Assembly: GCA_964016885.1 (NCBI GenBank)
Contig: OZ024744.1
Location: forward strand, 109,306,001-109,370,000
DNA length: 64,000 nt
Reading direction: 5' to 3'
Source: Eledone cirrhosa
Taxonomy: Eukaryota
Every line of letters begins with the position of its first letter. Within the stretch, counting starts at the first letter, position 1. Below the pieces are notes generated by a model. That model was not told the origin of the DNA. It saw nothing but the letters and a program-made list of their open reading frames with translations, and did no database searches. The position numbers were made by a program, and so were the translations under genes. Shown piece after piece: positions 1 to 13,719 of the stretch.

Positions 1-77
1 ACAACAAGGTCCGCCATGTTCAAGAAAGAACATACATATTCACACATGCATCCTTAGTGTTTAGACTTGTGGTGTAC

Positions 78-2371
78 TTATATTGACAGGATCTTCCTTA
101 GTATATGGGCAGTTCCCATTAGTACTATCTTTTGTATTTCTCCTATACGCGGGTTTCCTGGGATTTGCGATAAGTAATCATAGACCCCTTAGGTATCATT
201 CCCAGAGCGCCTACAACCACTGGTATTGTTTTAGTTCTCAATTTCCACATTTTTCCAATTTCTATCTCCAGGTCCTTATACTTGCTCAATTTTTCAAATG
301 TTTTTATAGATACATTCTTGTCTATTGGAACAGACATATCAATTAGCAGGCATACCCTCCTTTGAAAGTCCTTCAATATTATATCAGGTCTATTTGCATT
401 TATTTTTCGGTCTGTTTGGATGCTAAAGTTCCACAAGATTGAGATGTGATCTTTTTCAAGTATGGGAGGTGGTTGATGCTCCCACCAATTCTTTTGATGG
501 GGCAGGTCAAAATGCTTACACATTATCCAATGTATGTATTGTGCAGCTCTGTCATGCCTGTTTAGGTATTCGGTTGGAGCTATAGGACTGCACATTGAAA
601 TTATATGGTCAATGGTCTCTGGTTGTTTTTTGCATACACGGCATAATGGGCTGCACCCATTTTTTATTATGTTGGCTTGGTAATTTTTTGTTGGCAGACA
701 CTGATCTTGTGCCGATATAATCAGTCCTTCAGTCTCCGATTTCAGTCCAGAGGATGCCAACCACTGATGGGTTAAAGTTTTGTCAACATCAGGATTGTTA
801 GTTCGCTCTGGGTATTTTCCATACAGAGGCTTTTCTTGCCATTTCTTAGCCAGTTTCTGTAGCAGTTCTTTCTTTGCAGTTACTTTTACCTGCTTTGCTT
901 TTTCTGTGTTTTCCATTTCAGCAGTAAATGGGACTTCTGAAATTTGTAGTCCATTACTGTATCTTTGTGCATCTTTTGTAATGGAATATGATCTTTTGGT
1001 GCTTTCGTGTTTCAAAACGAGTTTGATCATCCAATCATGTGATTCCCTTAGATATGTGGATAATCCAATTGTTGCAGTTTTCAACGCAATGTCTAACTGG
1101 ATTAACCCACGTCCTCCTTCTTTCCTAGGGAGATATATTCTATCTATGTCTGCCTTAGGGTGATGCATTCTGTGCATGGTTAAGAATTTTCGGATTTTTG
1201 TATCGAGCCTACGGATCTCTGTGCTTGACCAGTTGATGACATTGTAACTGTAGGTTACTACTGGTATGGCAAGCGTGTTTATGGCATCGATCCTATTCCT
1301 TGCATTCAATTCCGTTCTTAAGATTGCTCTGACTCTGCGGTAACATTCCTTCCTTATCCTTTCCCTCATTGTCGAGTGCTTGATTCCGTCTCCTTCACAA
1401 ACACCTAGATATTTGTAAGTTTTTTCTTGATCAAGCTCTCTTATCACGATCCCCCGATCAAGATTATTGTCTGAACTCTTCAGCAGCTTTCCTCTGGTGA
1501 ACGTTGCTTTGGCGCATTTATCCAGTCCAAACTCCATCTTAATGTCATCACTGAACTGCTTCACAGTGGATAATAGCCCTTGCAATTGTTCATCATTTTT
1601 TGCAAATAGTTTCAGGTCATCCATGTAGAACAGGTGATTAATAGTTTTGTCATAGACTCTATATCCATGTTTTGTTTCATTGAGCATTTTACTTAATGGT
1701 ATAAGTGCGATGCAGAATAAAAGCGGTGATAAAGAGTCACCCTGAAAAATTCCACAATTAATGTTAACTTCTCCAGCTTCCAGTGATTTTGTTTCACTAT
1801 TCAAAAGGAGTGTCGTTCTCCATGTCCTCATACTGAATGACAAAAACCTCCTGACAACGGGGGATATTTTGAAAATCTCTAAACATTTTTCAATCCAACT
1901 GTGTGGCAAACTATCGAATGCTTTTTTATAATCTATCCAAGCAATCGATAGATTTTTGTGTCTATTATGACAATCTTCCAGTATCATTTTGTTAACCAGA
2001 AGCTGATCCTTACAGCCATATGAGCCTCGTTTACACCCTTTCTGCTCAATGGGAAATAGGTCATTTGTTTTCAGGTGGTCATATGTGTATTCAGTTAGGA
2101 CTGATGTTAAAATGTTATACATTGTGGTCAAGCAGGTTATCGGTCTGTAATTTTTGGGATTGTTTGTCTCATCATTCTTCGGTAGCAGGAATGTAATGCC
2201 GTTAACTAGCCATGATGGTATCTTTTCTGGCTCCTTAACTATTTCATTGTAAAGTTGGGCTAACAGCTCATGAGACTCTGTGAAGGCATTTATCCAAAAG
2301 TTTTGTATTTTGTCTTTTCCTGGGGATTTCCATTTGCTGGTTTTTCTTAGAGCCAAGCGCAGCTGTTCAAC

Positions 2372-2373
<2 letters not shown>
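78..2373 (-). mobile_element. 5'-truncated R4/Dong-type non-LTR retrotransposon (RT + CCHC finger + RLE), nearly intact ORF
   Basis: ORF 143..2563 contains the RT motifs NYRPITCL, WIDYKKAFDS, GIFQGDSLSP, FYMDDLK and YKYLG, then CRVC..ETIDHIISMC, RHD, RPDI..D and EK..KY.DL. A frameshift near 180 restores the C-terminus DYLSQIPGNPRIGEIQKIVLMGTAHILRKILSI with stop at 78-80. The poly-I N-terminus is microsatellite read-through. Confidence 0.93.
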
Positions 2374-2462
<89 letters not shown>

Positions 2463-2463
2463 G

Positions 2464-2500
<37 letters not shown>
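2374..2500. repeat. (TAT/TAA)n followed by (TA)n microsatellite
   Basis: Directly visible; abuts the 5' junction of the RLE element. Confidence 0.97.
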
Positions 2501-2503
<3 letters not shown>

Positions 2504-3434
2504 AATATCTTTAAGTCGTTTGGAAGCCTCGACAATGCAAATGGGTAAATCTCCGGGTAACAAGATCCGGTGGTGGAGAGAGAGATGTAAGTGGGTGTAC
2601 GTTGAGATGCGTGATGTGTATAAGATGTGTAGAAGAATGAAGGAAAGAGTATAAAGGATAAAATTAAAATAACAACACGAGAGAGAGTTACCTTGGGAGA
2701 GATTTAATTGTCCCTATATATTTCGGATTCACATCCATCAAATGGGGTTTTTTTCAGGGGTGGGGGAAAGGTTGTCTGTCGGAAAGTTGCGAAACGCGTC
2801 CTCCGCTGTTTGTTGTTTTGAATATCTGAGGTATTCAGCAGAGCGCGCGTGCGCGTGAAATGGGGTCGGTCGGGCAGAGGTCAGCGGCCTAATGAGGGAG
2901 TGGGGTGGCGCTAGCTGTCAGTCCATTCTCTGCCTGTTTGTTAAATGTTACTGAGTGTGTGCAACCAATACTACATAGGTAGCACAATCCGACCTTTGCA
3001 CATCCGGATCAAGGAACACACTAAAACCAGGGCCTCGTCTTTCCGGAAACACATAGACAAATGCGGAAACAAAGACGGAGGCCCATTGTCACAATTCTAG
3101 CGACTGAAAGAAACGTAGGCACGTTACGTATCAAGGAAGCGCTTTTTATCAAACGCCTGCAACCGCAAATAAACAATCGATCCGAGAGAAGCGAAATGAG
3201 ATGGCTGGTTTAAGTTAACAAACGATGCAGCAACACACACACACACAAACGAGACAACTACACACACACAGTAGCATTCCACCATACGAACATACTACAC
3301 TGCCAATACAGAGGAACAAGGCAACAACACACGCACACACACACACACTCAAGCGAAACAACAACACACGCACACACACACGACTTAAAGATATTTACTT
3401 ATTATTCCACAATGCTTCAAGCAGACTTCAATAC

Positions 3435-3440
<6 letters not shown>
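2501..3440 (+). mobile_element. PLE 3' fragment (GIY-YIG C-terminus) with inverted pseudo-LTR at its 5' end
   Basis: About 2955-3213 reads CNQYYIGSTIRPLHIRIKEH...LRIKEALFIKRLQPQINNR. 2501-2825 is the reverse complement of the family 3' end (compare 3380-3440 and 23900-24260). Flanked by (TA)n. Confidence 0.8.
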
Positions 3441-3487
<47 letters not shown>

Positions 3488-3597
3488 TTAGTTAAGCAAA
3501 ACAAGACCACAAATTTCACAAGGAAGACATTATTAAAAGATTGTCAACATATTTTAGTTTGATGTAATGAATATAGAGAATAATAATAATAATATTA

Positions 3598-3787
3598 ATA
3601 ATAATTGTTTCTACTTTAGGCACAAGGCCAGCAATTACCCAGTACATTACTGGTACTTTATTTTATCGACCCCGTAAGGATCAAAGGCAAAGTTAACCTC
3701 GGCGGGATTTGAACTCAGACTGTAAAGGGACGTAACTATGCTAGAACGCATGGCGTCCAACCCTCTACCGATACTGCCAATTCACCA
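3598..3787 (-). mobile_element. tRNA-derived SINE (dominant family; Meta-domain-like body)
   Basis: Minus strand: A box TGGCAGTATCGG, B box GAGTTCAAATCC, body CTTTGCCTTT-ATCCTTACGGGGTCGATAAAATAAAGTACCAG, (ATT)n tail; about 9 copies in the window. Confidence 0.85.
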
Positions 3788-3793
3788 TTGTCC

Positions 3794-3911
3794 GTTTACA
3801 ATTGTTTCGCTACTCCATATAATACTTGTGGATCAGATGACTATATATCATTATTGATCTGTTCAGTTGAAAATAATTAATATATTTATAAACAGAGCGG
3901 CTCATCGGAAC
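3794..3911 (-). ncRNA. Type I hammerhead ribozyme motif with expanded stem II
   Basis: Minus strand: gtt-CCGATGA-gc..(about 95 nt)..gc-GAAAC AATT GTA-aac. Confidence 0.6.
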
Positions 3912-6057
3912 TTCAAAGGAATATAAATTAAAATAAGGAGAGAATGTTACATAATGTAGTGTTCCATATATTGGTGTTTCACTATGGTGTCCTGGTTGTA
4001 TCAGTTGTCAGCCATAATCAAGCAGTATTTATCTGCCGAGGCTGCATTGTGTGAGATCTGCCTATGGGTAACAAGATGGCCACCAAAGGACATATTTACC
4101 TTACTAATTAGAGGGTGGTTTCAGGGGAAGTAACTCCTCAAGAGATTAGAAGTTGTGGGTAGTTTATAGTTATGTGCTAATTTTAAAATATTTAAATTGA
4201 GAGAGAATGTAGGCGAGGTAACTTATAATTATCTAAGTTAGTTATAGCTATTTAACTTATTAGCTACAAGTGAAAATGGGGCTAGATGACTATGTTGGGT
4301 CAAATATTCTATTGGCGAAGGAATTAGCCCTTCGATGTTGACAGCTAATAGTTACCTCCGTTCTATCGTTAATCGGTAGAGGTCGTGATAGAGTTATGTA
4401 ATATGCTTCAGTAATACAGAGATCACAAGATTTTCTTCGTCCATTGAACGGTTGGCCCCTAGCTAAGATATCCCATGTTAGTGAGTGTTTAATGTTGGTT
4501 AATTTAAGGTTTTTAATGAGCCTAGCTAGAGATGTCGAACATCTGTTGTTAGGGTCTCGGAAGGAAGAAGAGTGTGCGTTATAGCGTACCTTAAAAGGGT
4601 TAGAGGTAGACCCGATATAAGAGCTGGTATTCGAAACAGTTTTAACCGTGCATCTATAGACTATGTTGGGTGTCAGGCAGTGTCCATTTAATGGGCATGC
4701 ATTGGGGTAACGGCAGTTGCAGTTGCTTCTGCGGTTAGTGAGAGTAGGGTAGTTTAACCTAAGCGGTTGGTCAGTGCTAGAAGGATTAGATGGGGGAGGT
4801 GTGATACTAGAGTAATTATTGGTGTAGTGGCGTGGTGTATTTGATAGGGGTGGTGGTACCGCGGTGTGGGAGTTATACTGTCTTAGTTTATGATGGTTAC
4901 TGAATGCGATGTGGCTAGCTAGGTTAGGTGTAGTGGAGAATGAGATTTTAATGTTATTTTTATTAAAGAGTTTGTAATATCTATGGTTGAGGGGGGGTGT
5001 TTAGATAGGATAGAGAAGAAACGTTTAGGGATATTAGTGGCTAGATTAGATGAGAATGGGGGGTTAAGCCAGGTGATATTTCTAGGTCTATTCCTTCTAG
5101 GGGTTCTAGTGGAGTTGGTAGGGGCCTTCCTAGGGTTATTATTACCTGGGGATTTGTTATTTGTCATCCCATTTCTCATTCCTATTCTAGGGTTGATTTT
5201 TAGTTTGCTACTTGGAGTGGGGAGCAGGCCGCTGCCACCATTGAAGTTCCCTGTATAGGTGCTGTTACTGCTAAAATTCCGGCGAATCTGGCTATAAGCT
5301 AAGGTATTTCTAGTTCTAGTGTTAAGTTTATTATGGTGAGTTGCTGTGTTATGGCATTTAGGTATGTAATAAATTGATTGTTTATAACCAGATTCAGAGA
5401 GAGCCTTATTATAATATTATGCGGGGTTTATAAATATCTCTTCATTTGCTGCATGGAGATCCTATATGAGATAGATTTGATTACTGCTCTGATGACTGCC
5501 GGTGGGTGGTTAGAGTGTGGGCTAATATATGTGAGTATTTCACCTGGTTTATGGTAAGGGTAATATAGGTTATTGTTGAGATCCAGGTGACGTCTAGGAA
5601 GTTTACTACTTTATGGTTCGGCTCGATGGTGATAGAGAGACCGTTATTTTAAAAGAATCTATGTATTTGTTTTTTTAGCAAATCAATGCCCCGATTAGTG
5701 CAATTGGGGACTGCAAATAGGGCGTCGTCCCTGTATATTCCGCCTTGCAAGGGTTGGATTTCGGCTCTGATGTTATGTAATAGGTAAATTCCAACTAAAT
5801 CTGTGATTTGCGCAGAGTCACTTGAGCCCATCGTGATGTCAAAGTTGTCTGTTCTATCTTTTCTAGTCCAGAGTGCTCCGTTGAATTCAATGATGGTCTG
5901 CCTAGCCATAAGTATGATGTTAATCTCATTATTGGTTATGTCCGAGTTGGTGGTGGCAAGGGTTAATGCTTTGTTGAGCAGTTCCGGGGTTATTGAAGCG
6001 TAATATATATATATGTTTTTTTTTCGTTCAATGGCCATACTCGATAACGAGGGGGCA

Positions 6058-6100
<43 letters not shown>

Positions 6101-6160
6101 TATATATATATATAGTACCTTACTTACTGTGGTTACCTCCGATTCAACCCGGAATAACTT

Positions 6161-6259
<99 letters not shown>

Positions 6260-6516
6260 ACAAGAGGTTTACGTAGGTGGCGAGTTTATGATTTCATTTG
6301 TATTCCTATGTAAGTTTATCTTGGAGTAATAAAATTGAAAAAGTGAAGAATAACATGGTCAACAGTACAAAAAAAAAGGGATTTATTTACAGTCTGACAA
6401 TTGTTTCACTGATTAAGTTGTCTAAAAATTGCTGAACACTGAAAATTGCTGATCATCGGAGATAACTAGAATAGCCGTTAAATTTACAAATTCAAATTAC
6501 AGCATCATTAATAATA

Positions 6517-7039
6517 CTAGCAGAAAAACCACCCTTTCCGTGGTTTTCTGCTAGCATGTGTAGTGTGTATATTGATATTGTCCGCAAGTATATATACATG
6601 TAGATATGACACATCAAATAAAATCGTAATTGACAATATAAACAGAAATTGAACGAAGACGTTGTTACACTGTCTTATGTAATCAGTAACGTAATCCATG
6701 ACATTAAAAAAAGACAATATTATATATAAACTGCATTAGGAGAAAATTAGTGACAGAAAATTAGTGACAGAAGTGTTGACACTACACACTCTCTCTTTCT
6801 GTATATATGGTAGTTGAAGTGGTGGTGGTGGCAACGATATACCGGAAGTGCAACTTTGAAAAGAAGTCAATTTTAAATTATTTATTTTTACAAAATTATT
6901 TTTATTTACGAAATTTAGTAGATAAATTATGTAATATTCATTCATTATTTAGTCAAAGTAATCCAACTTATTTTACTAACGGGATAAAAAAAAATAAACC
7001 GTACGCAGTCCCGCAGACCTTCCTTTATTATAGTTTAGA
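6517..7039 (-). mobile_element. Non-autonomous Helitron (523 bp)
   Basis: Minus strand begins TC(TAAACTATAAT) and ends with a hairpin plus CTAG. Comparison with the uninterrupted pLTR copy (about 10370-10395) shows insertion between A and T with no TSD. Second copy at 60928-61735. Confidence 0.85.
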
Positions 7040-9749
7040 TTAATAATAAAGATAGAGAGAGAAAGAAAAAAGAAAGAGAGATAGATAAAAGAAAGAAAGA
7101 AAAAGGAAAAAAGAAAAAGAAAAAGAAAAAGAAAAAGAAAAAGTAGAAAGGAAAACAGAGAAAGATATATATATATAGAGAAAAAATACATAGCGAAAAA
7201 GACATAGAGAAAGGAGGATAGAAAGAAGAGAGGAAAGGATAAAGGAGAAATAAAGTTAGAGAGAAAGAAAAATATAGTGAAAATAATGATAACAACAATA
7301 AATGAATAAATGTTAATTCATGAATAAATATAAATAAATAAACAAGTTACATCGAGGATGAATCAAAATAATATAAAATATGAAAATAAATAAGTAAAAA
7401 TGTGTGAAGAAATTTAAACATATTAATATTATTGAAAGTGGTTATTGAGAGTGATTAAAATATAGATACGAAGGTATAAACATGATAATGTTAAATATAT
7501 TTATGTGTGTATTGGTTATTTTAATAAATTAATTATATAATTAATTAGTTGCAAGTTATATTAGATTGGATGAATTAGGCTGGTCTAAAGTTCTCAAATT
7601 TGGTCGCCGTTTTATGCCTAAAGAAAATAGTTCTTTCGATTTTACTGATAAGTAGCATTTTGTTGTATTTTAAAATTTGGAAAAGCTCCATATTACAAAG
7701 ACTACGGTGGGAGATGCCAATTCTATAGGCTATTGCTGTTGATAGCTTCGTCCAGCTGATTTTATATTCCAGGTTCGCATCTCTGAGTTGCCAGATTTTA
7801 TTGGCGAGTGTTGTTGTATTCATGAGCTTCCTGTTATTCATAGAGTGTCTATGGACATACCATCTTTTCCTAAACTCCCCCGCTGTGGAACCTATGTAGT
7901 GCCATGTTAAGCTGCCTGAATTTATAGTACATAGGTACACTATATTTGACTCCAGGCATCTATTTTGTAATGGGCATTTATTAGGTAGATGACAGTTATA
8001 TTTAGATGCTTTTCTATGCGTAGGTTCTTCCGTATGTTGTTATGTATGGGCTGAGAATTGGGTTTGTTGATGTATTGTGGTGATGTGTTCTGACGTGTGT
8101 TTGGTTGTGCTGATGTTATATGCTTGTGTTTTGTATTTGGTGTTATGGAACTTATTTTCGGGCTACTTGTATTATAAATTCTCTTTTAGTTAATTTTATG
8201 TATGTGCGATTCTATGTTGTTGGCAGCGGAGTAAGATAGTTTGATAGTTTTTCTATTAAAGATTTTATGATATTTATGAATTTTAGGGAAGTGTTTGTCA
8301 ACTAATTTTAAGAAAGTGTAAGGTAGTTTTGTTTTACTGGATTGAACCATAAGTACTTTCTATCTCTGCATCTTCTATAGTTACTAGTGGTCTTTATTCT
8401 GTTCAATTAATTCTCGTGCTTGTTGCCAATTTCTATGATTAGTCCTAGATTTGCTGCTTCTATAGGTGTGGATAGCGTTATTTCTATTAAGTGTGTTGTT
8501 ATTTTTTGTATCTGGTATGTATTTAAGTTTCTCTTTATGGCCTGCCTTAAGTAAAGCTATGTTGTAGTAGTTAGCGTGTTCGTTAAACATCTCTAGATTA
8601 GAAGATAGGCGCGAGATTCTAAGTGATATACTATGTGCTATGGAGTTAATTATGGATCGAAGGTGATTAGAGTTATAATTAATGTAAGCTAAATTTTCAT
8701 TATTTTTATGGAAGGGTTCTATTAGTCCAGTGTTTAGGTTAAGCGATACATCTAAGAAGTTAGCTTTTGTAGAGTTGAGTTCAAAAGTGATGTTAAGGCC
8801 TAATTTATTAAAGAATTTTCTAATCTTTTTCCGTAATCTTTCTAAGTTTTGATTATTTAGGTTTTTAGCTAAAAGTAATGTATCGTCTCTATAAATTCCT
8901 CTTGTAGGTTATCAAATTCCTTATGTAAGATACGTAACTTGGGCTGAATCATTTGATCCCATAGTTATATCGAAGTTATTTTGTCTATTTTTTCTTTCCC
9001 AGTAACTATTGTCGAATCTAATGATTGTTCTTCTAGCAGCTAGTATTATTTTAATTTCCTCTGGTGATAGGTCAGAGTTTTTTGTGCAAAGGTTAGTGCC
9101 TTATTTAAGGTTACTGGGTAAATAGAAGAATAGTAGTCATTAATGTCAAATTGTATGAAGTCTGAAGATTCTCTATTCTCTAATTTATTAAACCAATCTA
9201 TTGTTTCATTAGCTTGATTATTAGCTTTTCTTTAATTTGTGGTATTATTCTATCTAGTATAAACTTGCTAATTTTGCCTATATCTGATTTTGAGGGATAT
9301 ATTAATCTAATAGTATGGTCAGTTTCGAAGTTACATTTATGATCCTTTAGATTAAAAGTGGGTTTACAAGGGGTTAGAGGTTCGGTTCTATCAGATATTT
9401 TCAGTTTTTTTACTATGTTAAGACCTTCCTTGTTAATGTTATTGAGTGTAGACTGTAGTTTTCTTGTATTTTTTATGTAATTCCCGGCGTATAAAGTTGT
9501 TGTAGTATTAAGGCCCATGGTGTATACGTTTGATGTTTTGTCTGCCTTTACTATAATACCGTTGGTGTTACGCAATTTTTTTAGTAGTGCATTGATGTTA
9601 TTTTGCAGTTTGTTATGATGTGTTCGTTTTTTGAATTTAGTTTCTTTTATCATGTTCATGAGGTCAAGTTCAAAGGCATCAAGTTGTGTGTTGTTGGGTG
9701 GATTTTTACAGGATTTGAACCCATAGTTTTCACTGGTAGACCCATCATT

Positions 9750-9940
9750 TCTATTGGCAGTATCGGTAGAGAGTCGGACGCTATGCTTTGCAGCAAAGGG
9801 TTACGGCCCTTTATGGTCTGAGTTCAAATCCCGCTGAAGTTAACTTTGCCTTTCATCCTTACGGGGTCGATAAAATAAAGTACCAGTAATGCACTGGGAT
9901 AATTGCTGGCCTTGCGCCAAAAGTAGAAACAATTATTATT
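9750..9940 (+). mobile_element. SINE copy inserted in the PLE ORF
   Basis: TGGCAGTATCGG ... GAGTTCAAATCC ... AGAAACAATTATTATT. Confidence 0.88.
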
Positions 9941-10422
9941 ATGTCCTTTATCGTAATGATATGCTTTCCATCTGATTCTACGGATAAAGTCATTAGTTCT
10001 TTGAATCATACCGAGCATATATTCCTTGTTTGTAGGTATAGGTATGTTTTTAAGGACATTCCTATGTAGTGTCTTTCCATGTTAGCGTTAAATTATTTGC
10101 TCAACCTAATGGGAGCTTGGTACAAGGGATACCAAAATATCTTTTCACTCTTTCTATCCTCCTTTCTCTATGGCTTTTTCTCTGTCTTTTTTTTTCTCTC
10201 TATATATCTTTTTCTGTTTTCCTTTCTACTTTTTCTTTTTCTTTTTCTTTTTCTTTTTCTTTTTCTTTTTCTTTTTCTTTTTCTTTTTCTTTTTCTTTTT
10301 CTTTTTTCCCCCTTTCTTTCTTTCTTTCTTTCTTTTATCTATCTCTCTTTCTTTTTTTTATCTCTCTATCTTTATTATTAATATTATTAATGAATTTGTA
10401 AATTTAACGGTTATTCTAGTTT

Positions 10423-10526
10423 TCTCCGATGATCTGGTTAAGCTAACATCGTATTTAAAATTGAGTGGCACTGCTTCAAGTGTTCAGCAATTTTTAGACA
10501 ACTTAATCAGTGAAACAATTGTCAGA
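10423..10526 (+). ncRNA. Hammerhead motif with expanded stem II (deleted inverted copy at about 6392-6462)
   Basis: tct-CCGATGA-..-GAAAC AATT GTC-aga. Confidence 0.55.
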
Positions 10527-10589
10527 CTGTACTGTAAATAAATCCCCTTTTTTTTTTGTACTGTTGACCATATTATTCTTCACTTTTTC

Positions 10590-10591
<2 letters not shown>

Positions 10592-10671
<80 letters not shown>

Positions 10672-11335
10672 GGTGCAGAATGAACAGCTGTGGTTGTACT
10701 GTGTTCAGTGGTGGTGGTGGTGGTGGTGGTGGTGGTGGGAAAGCGGCGCAGTGTTGACTTAAGGTGTGTATGGAGAAATTCTTGCTTCAATATGGAGTCA
10801 GCTTAAACTCTGGAATATTTGCCAAGATTGTATGCACACACAAACACACACATATACATACATATGTACACACGCAAACACACACATACACGCATATACA
10901 TATGTACACACAAAAACACACACATACACGCATATAAATACATATGTACACACAAAAACACACACATACACACATATACATACATATGTACACACGCAAA
11001 CACACACAAATACGCACATATACATACATATGTACACACGCAAACACACATATACACGCATATACATACATATGTACACACACATACACGCATATACATA
11101 CATATGTACACACACAAACACACACATACACGCATATACATACATATGTACACACACAAACACACACATATACATATGTACACACACAAACACACACATA
11201 CACTCATATACATACATATATACACACACAAACACGCACATATACATATGTACACACACAAACACACACACACACACACACACATGAGCATGTGCGTGTG
11301 AATGTTTGTGTGTATGTGTGCATGTGTGTATGTAT

Positions 11336-11367
<32 letters not shown>

Positions 11368-11787
11368 ACATATATATATATATACACCCATATGATATAC
11401 ACACACACATACTGTATATATATATATATATGTATGTATATATATGTTGTGTGTACATACGTGTATATGTGTGTGTGTGAGTGCGTGTATGTGTTTTGCC
11501 AAGATTGTATGCACACACAAACACACACATATACATACATATGTACACACGCAAACACACACATACACGCATATACATACATATGTACACACACATACAC
11601 GCACATACATACATATGTACACACACAAACACGCACATATACTTATGTACACACACAAACACACACACACATGAGCATGTGCGTGTGAGTGTTTGTGTGT
11701 ATGTGTGCATGTGTGAATGTATACATACACACACACACACACACATATACATATATACACTCATATGATATACACACACACATACTG

Positions 11788-11822
<35 letters not shown>

Positions 11823-11920
11823 GTATGTATATATATATGTTGTGTGTACATACGTGTATATATATGTGTGTGTGAGTGCGTGTATGTGTATGTGTATGTG
11901 TGTGTATGTGTGTGTATGCC
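10592..11920. repeat. Compound (TA)n/(GA)n/(GGT)n plus CA/TA-rich minisatellite with an internal tandem duplication
   Basis: Recurrent ACACACAAACACACACATACACGCATATACATACATATGT units; TTGCCAAGATTGTATGCAC occurs at about 10819 and 11496. Confidence 0.9.
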
Positions 11921-12020
11921 GTTATGTGTCAATAAATACTACTACATAGAAAGGGTTACAGAAGAGAAAGGTTGCCAGGTGAAAATTGAAGATATATACA
12001 TCTAGGAAAAGGTATAAAAA

Positions 12021-12570
12021 TATAGGATTACATACATACTATAAGATGCTAATAGGAATAACATAATATAAGAAATGTCTTGTTAATGTCTTCAAAGGAC
12101 TGGGACGTCATAGAGCTGGGTATTCTACAATATAGGATTACATATATACTATAAGATGCTAATAGGAATAACATAATATAAGAAATGTCTTGTTAATGTC
12201 CTCAAAGGACTCGGACGTCATAGAGCTGGGTATTCTACAATATAGGATTACATATATACTATAAGATGCTAATAGGAATAACATAATATAAGAAATGTCT
12301 TGTTAATGTCCTCAAAGGACTCGGACGTCATAGAGCTGGGTATTCTACAATATAGGATTACATACATACTATAAGATGCTAATAGGAATAACATAATATA
12401 AGAAATGTCTTGTTAATGTCTTCAAAGGACTGGGACGTCATAGAGCTGGGTATTCTACAATATAGGATTACATATATACTATAAGATGCTAATAGGAATA
12501 ACATAATATAAAAAATGTCTTGTTAATGTCCTCAAAGGACTGGGACGTCATATAGCTGGGTATTCTACAA
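12021..12570. repeat. 110-bp tandem repeat, 5 units
   Basis: TATAGGATTACAT starts at 12021, 12131, 12241, 12351 and 12461. Confidence 0.95.
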
Positions 12571-12645
12571 TTTAGCAAATTTTTTTTTAATTAAAAAAAA
12601 AAATACTTAACATAATCTTAATTCAAAATCTAAAACTTGTCATAT

Positions 12646-12990
12646 TTACAAAAATGATACGCGATGGGGCCCATCCACAGCCCCTGCGGACAGAATGGAG
12701 AAGGCGTTTCCCCGGAGGAGGGCAAGGGCGACGCGCTGAAAAAGCCACTCCAACTCGCGGGTCTCACACCTGCGGCTGGCCAGCTCAGCGCCTATGGTGG
12801 TGAGTAAGGAAGTAGCCATGGGGCCGAGGACACCAGAAGTCTCCACTGCCAAGGGTACGACCGCAAACCTGTCGGAGAGCGACCGGTATTTGAGGAGTTT
12901 GGCCCCCCTCAGCCCGACGTGCAGCAGAACCTGGGTCAGTCGCAGACTGCACCAGGTTACGGCTGCAGAAAGTGTCGGTGCAAGAAAACA
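12646..12990 (-). mobile_element. C-terminal RLE fragment of a CRE-like non-LTR retrotransposon
   Basis: SATDPGSAARRAE..KY..AVETSGVLGPMATSLLTTIG..RELEWLFQRVALALLRGNA. Confidence 0.7.
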
Positions 12991-13719
12991 ATATAATTAA
13001 AAAAATGATGTATTTCATAATTGTACCTCCGAAAGAGTTTGACGTCATATAAGCAACCCTGGGTATCCTAGAATCCCACAAACTTGAGGCCTCATCACAC
13101 AGCAACGCCCACTTCTGTATTATAAGGTTGACTATGCTAAAGCCTTGTTTTTTTGTTGGTGTTGGGTGAAAGTTCAAAATACTAGAAAAGGGTGGACCTG
13201 AAAGCCATGGGTTATCACGGCCTTAACATGAGCACTTACTTCTCACTACTACGGACTAGTGAGAAAGAAATACTCATGTTAACCCATGCTACTTCGATCT
13301 TTCACACAACACCAACAAAAAAAATTGATGACTAAAGCAAACGACACAGTACAATGAAGAAATATATTATTAGTTATACGTTTGATATAGTAGGAAAGAG
13401 GTATATTCCCGTCACCATCTCATATGAATAGGTAGTAGCGACTATAAAAGGGGGGTAACCCTAAACAGGTTATAATAGTATATTACTATAGTAGAATGTA
13501 GAACTCCCCGAGCAAGCACGTGTTCAAATTGACATAATTTGTCTTAGATATGGGGCATAGCTGTTCAAATTGACATGGTGGTTTAACAGACTGTTTAGGT
13601 GCGCTCAGACCGGTACAACAAAGTTCCAGAAAAGAAGATTTGAAACTGCTATGAAACTTTTCCATAAAAATCTATTTGATATCAGAGTAAAAAAAAACAA
13701 AAAAAAAAAAACAGAAAGA

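Larger units (their letters stand above)
3485..6001 (-). mobile_element. Degenerate PLE, YRDD-type RT + GIY-YIG (possibly Nematis-like), 5'-truncated
   Basis: FDITMGSSDSAQITDLVGIYLL..GGIYRDD (5649-6001); ITWLNPPFS; CNCR..CPLNGHCLTPNIVYRC..YIGSTSNPFKVRYNAH (4330-4740); HHR in the 3' end. Confidence 0.85.
6330..10590 (-). mobile_element. Near full-length degenerate PLE (YRDD-type) with inverted 5' pseudo-LTR
   Basis: ORF pieces about 10070->7575: KNIPIP..FIRRIRWKA, KADKTSNVY, LKDHK.NF..RLIYPSKSDIGKISK, FIQFDI, IYRDD, YIGSTAGEFRKRWYVH. 10141-10590 is an inverted copy of the 3' end (6330-6516 plus 7040-7240). Confidence 0.88.

Noticed and set aside
2374-2563. N-terminal 60 aa of the 806-aa ORF
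   Set aside because: Read-through from a neighbouring pLTR and (TA)/(TAA) repeats; not part of the RT protein.
10766-12005. Many overlapping ORFs of 100-320 aa (also at 18.6-19.9, 28.8, 40.6-44.2, 50.4, 57.2 and 61.8-63.0 kb)
   Set aside because: These are translations of CA/TA/TAC/GGTT microsatellites (poly-YI, HT, CV, GWL), with no coding complexity.
12021-12570. Regular repeats resembling a CRISPR array
   Set aside because: Units are contiguous with no unique spacers, there are no cas genes, and the context is eukaryotic.
13395-13460. Possible HDV-like ribozyme (..TAGTAGCGACTATAAAAGGGG)
   Set aside because: P1/P3/P1.1 could not be threaded convincingly by eye.
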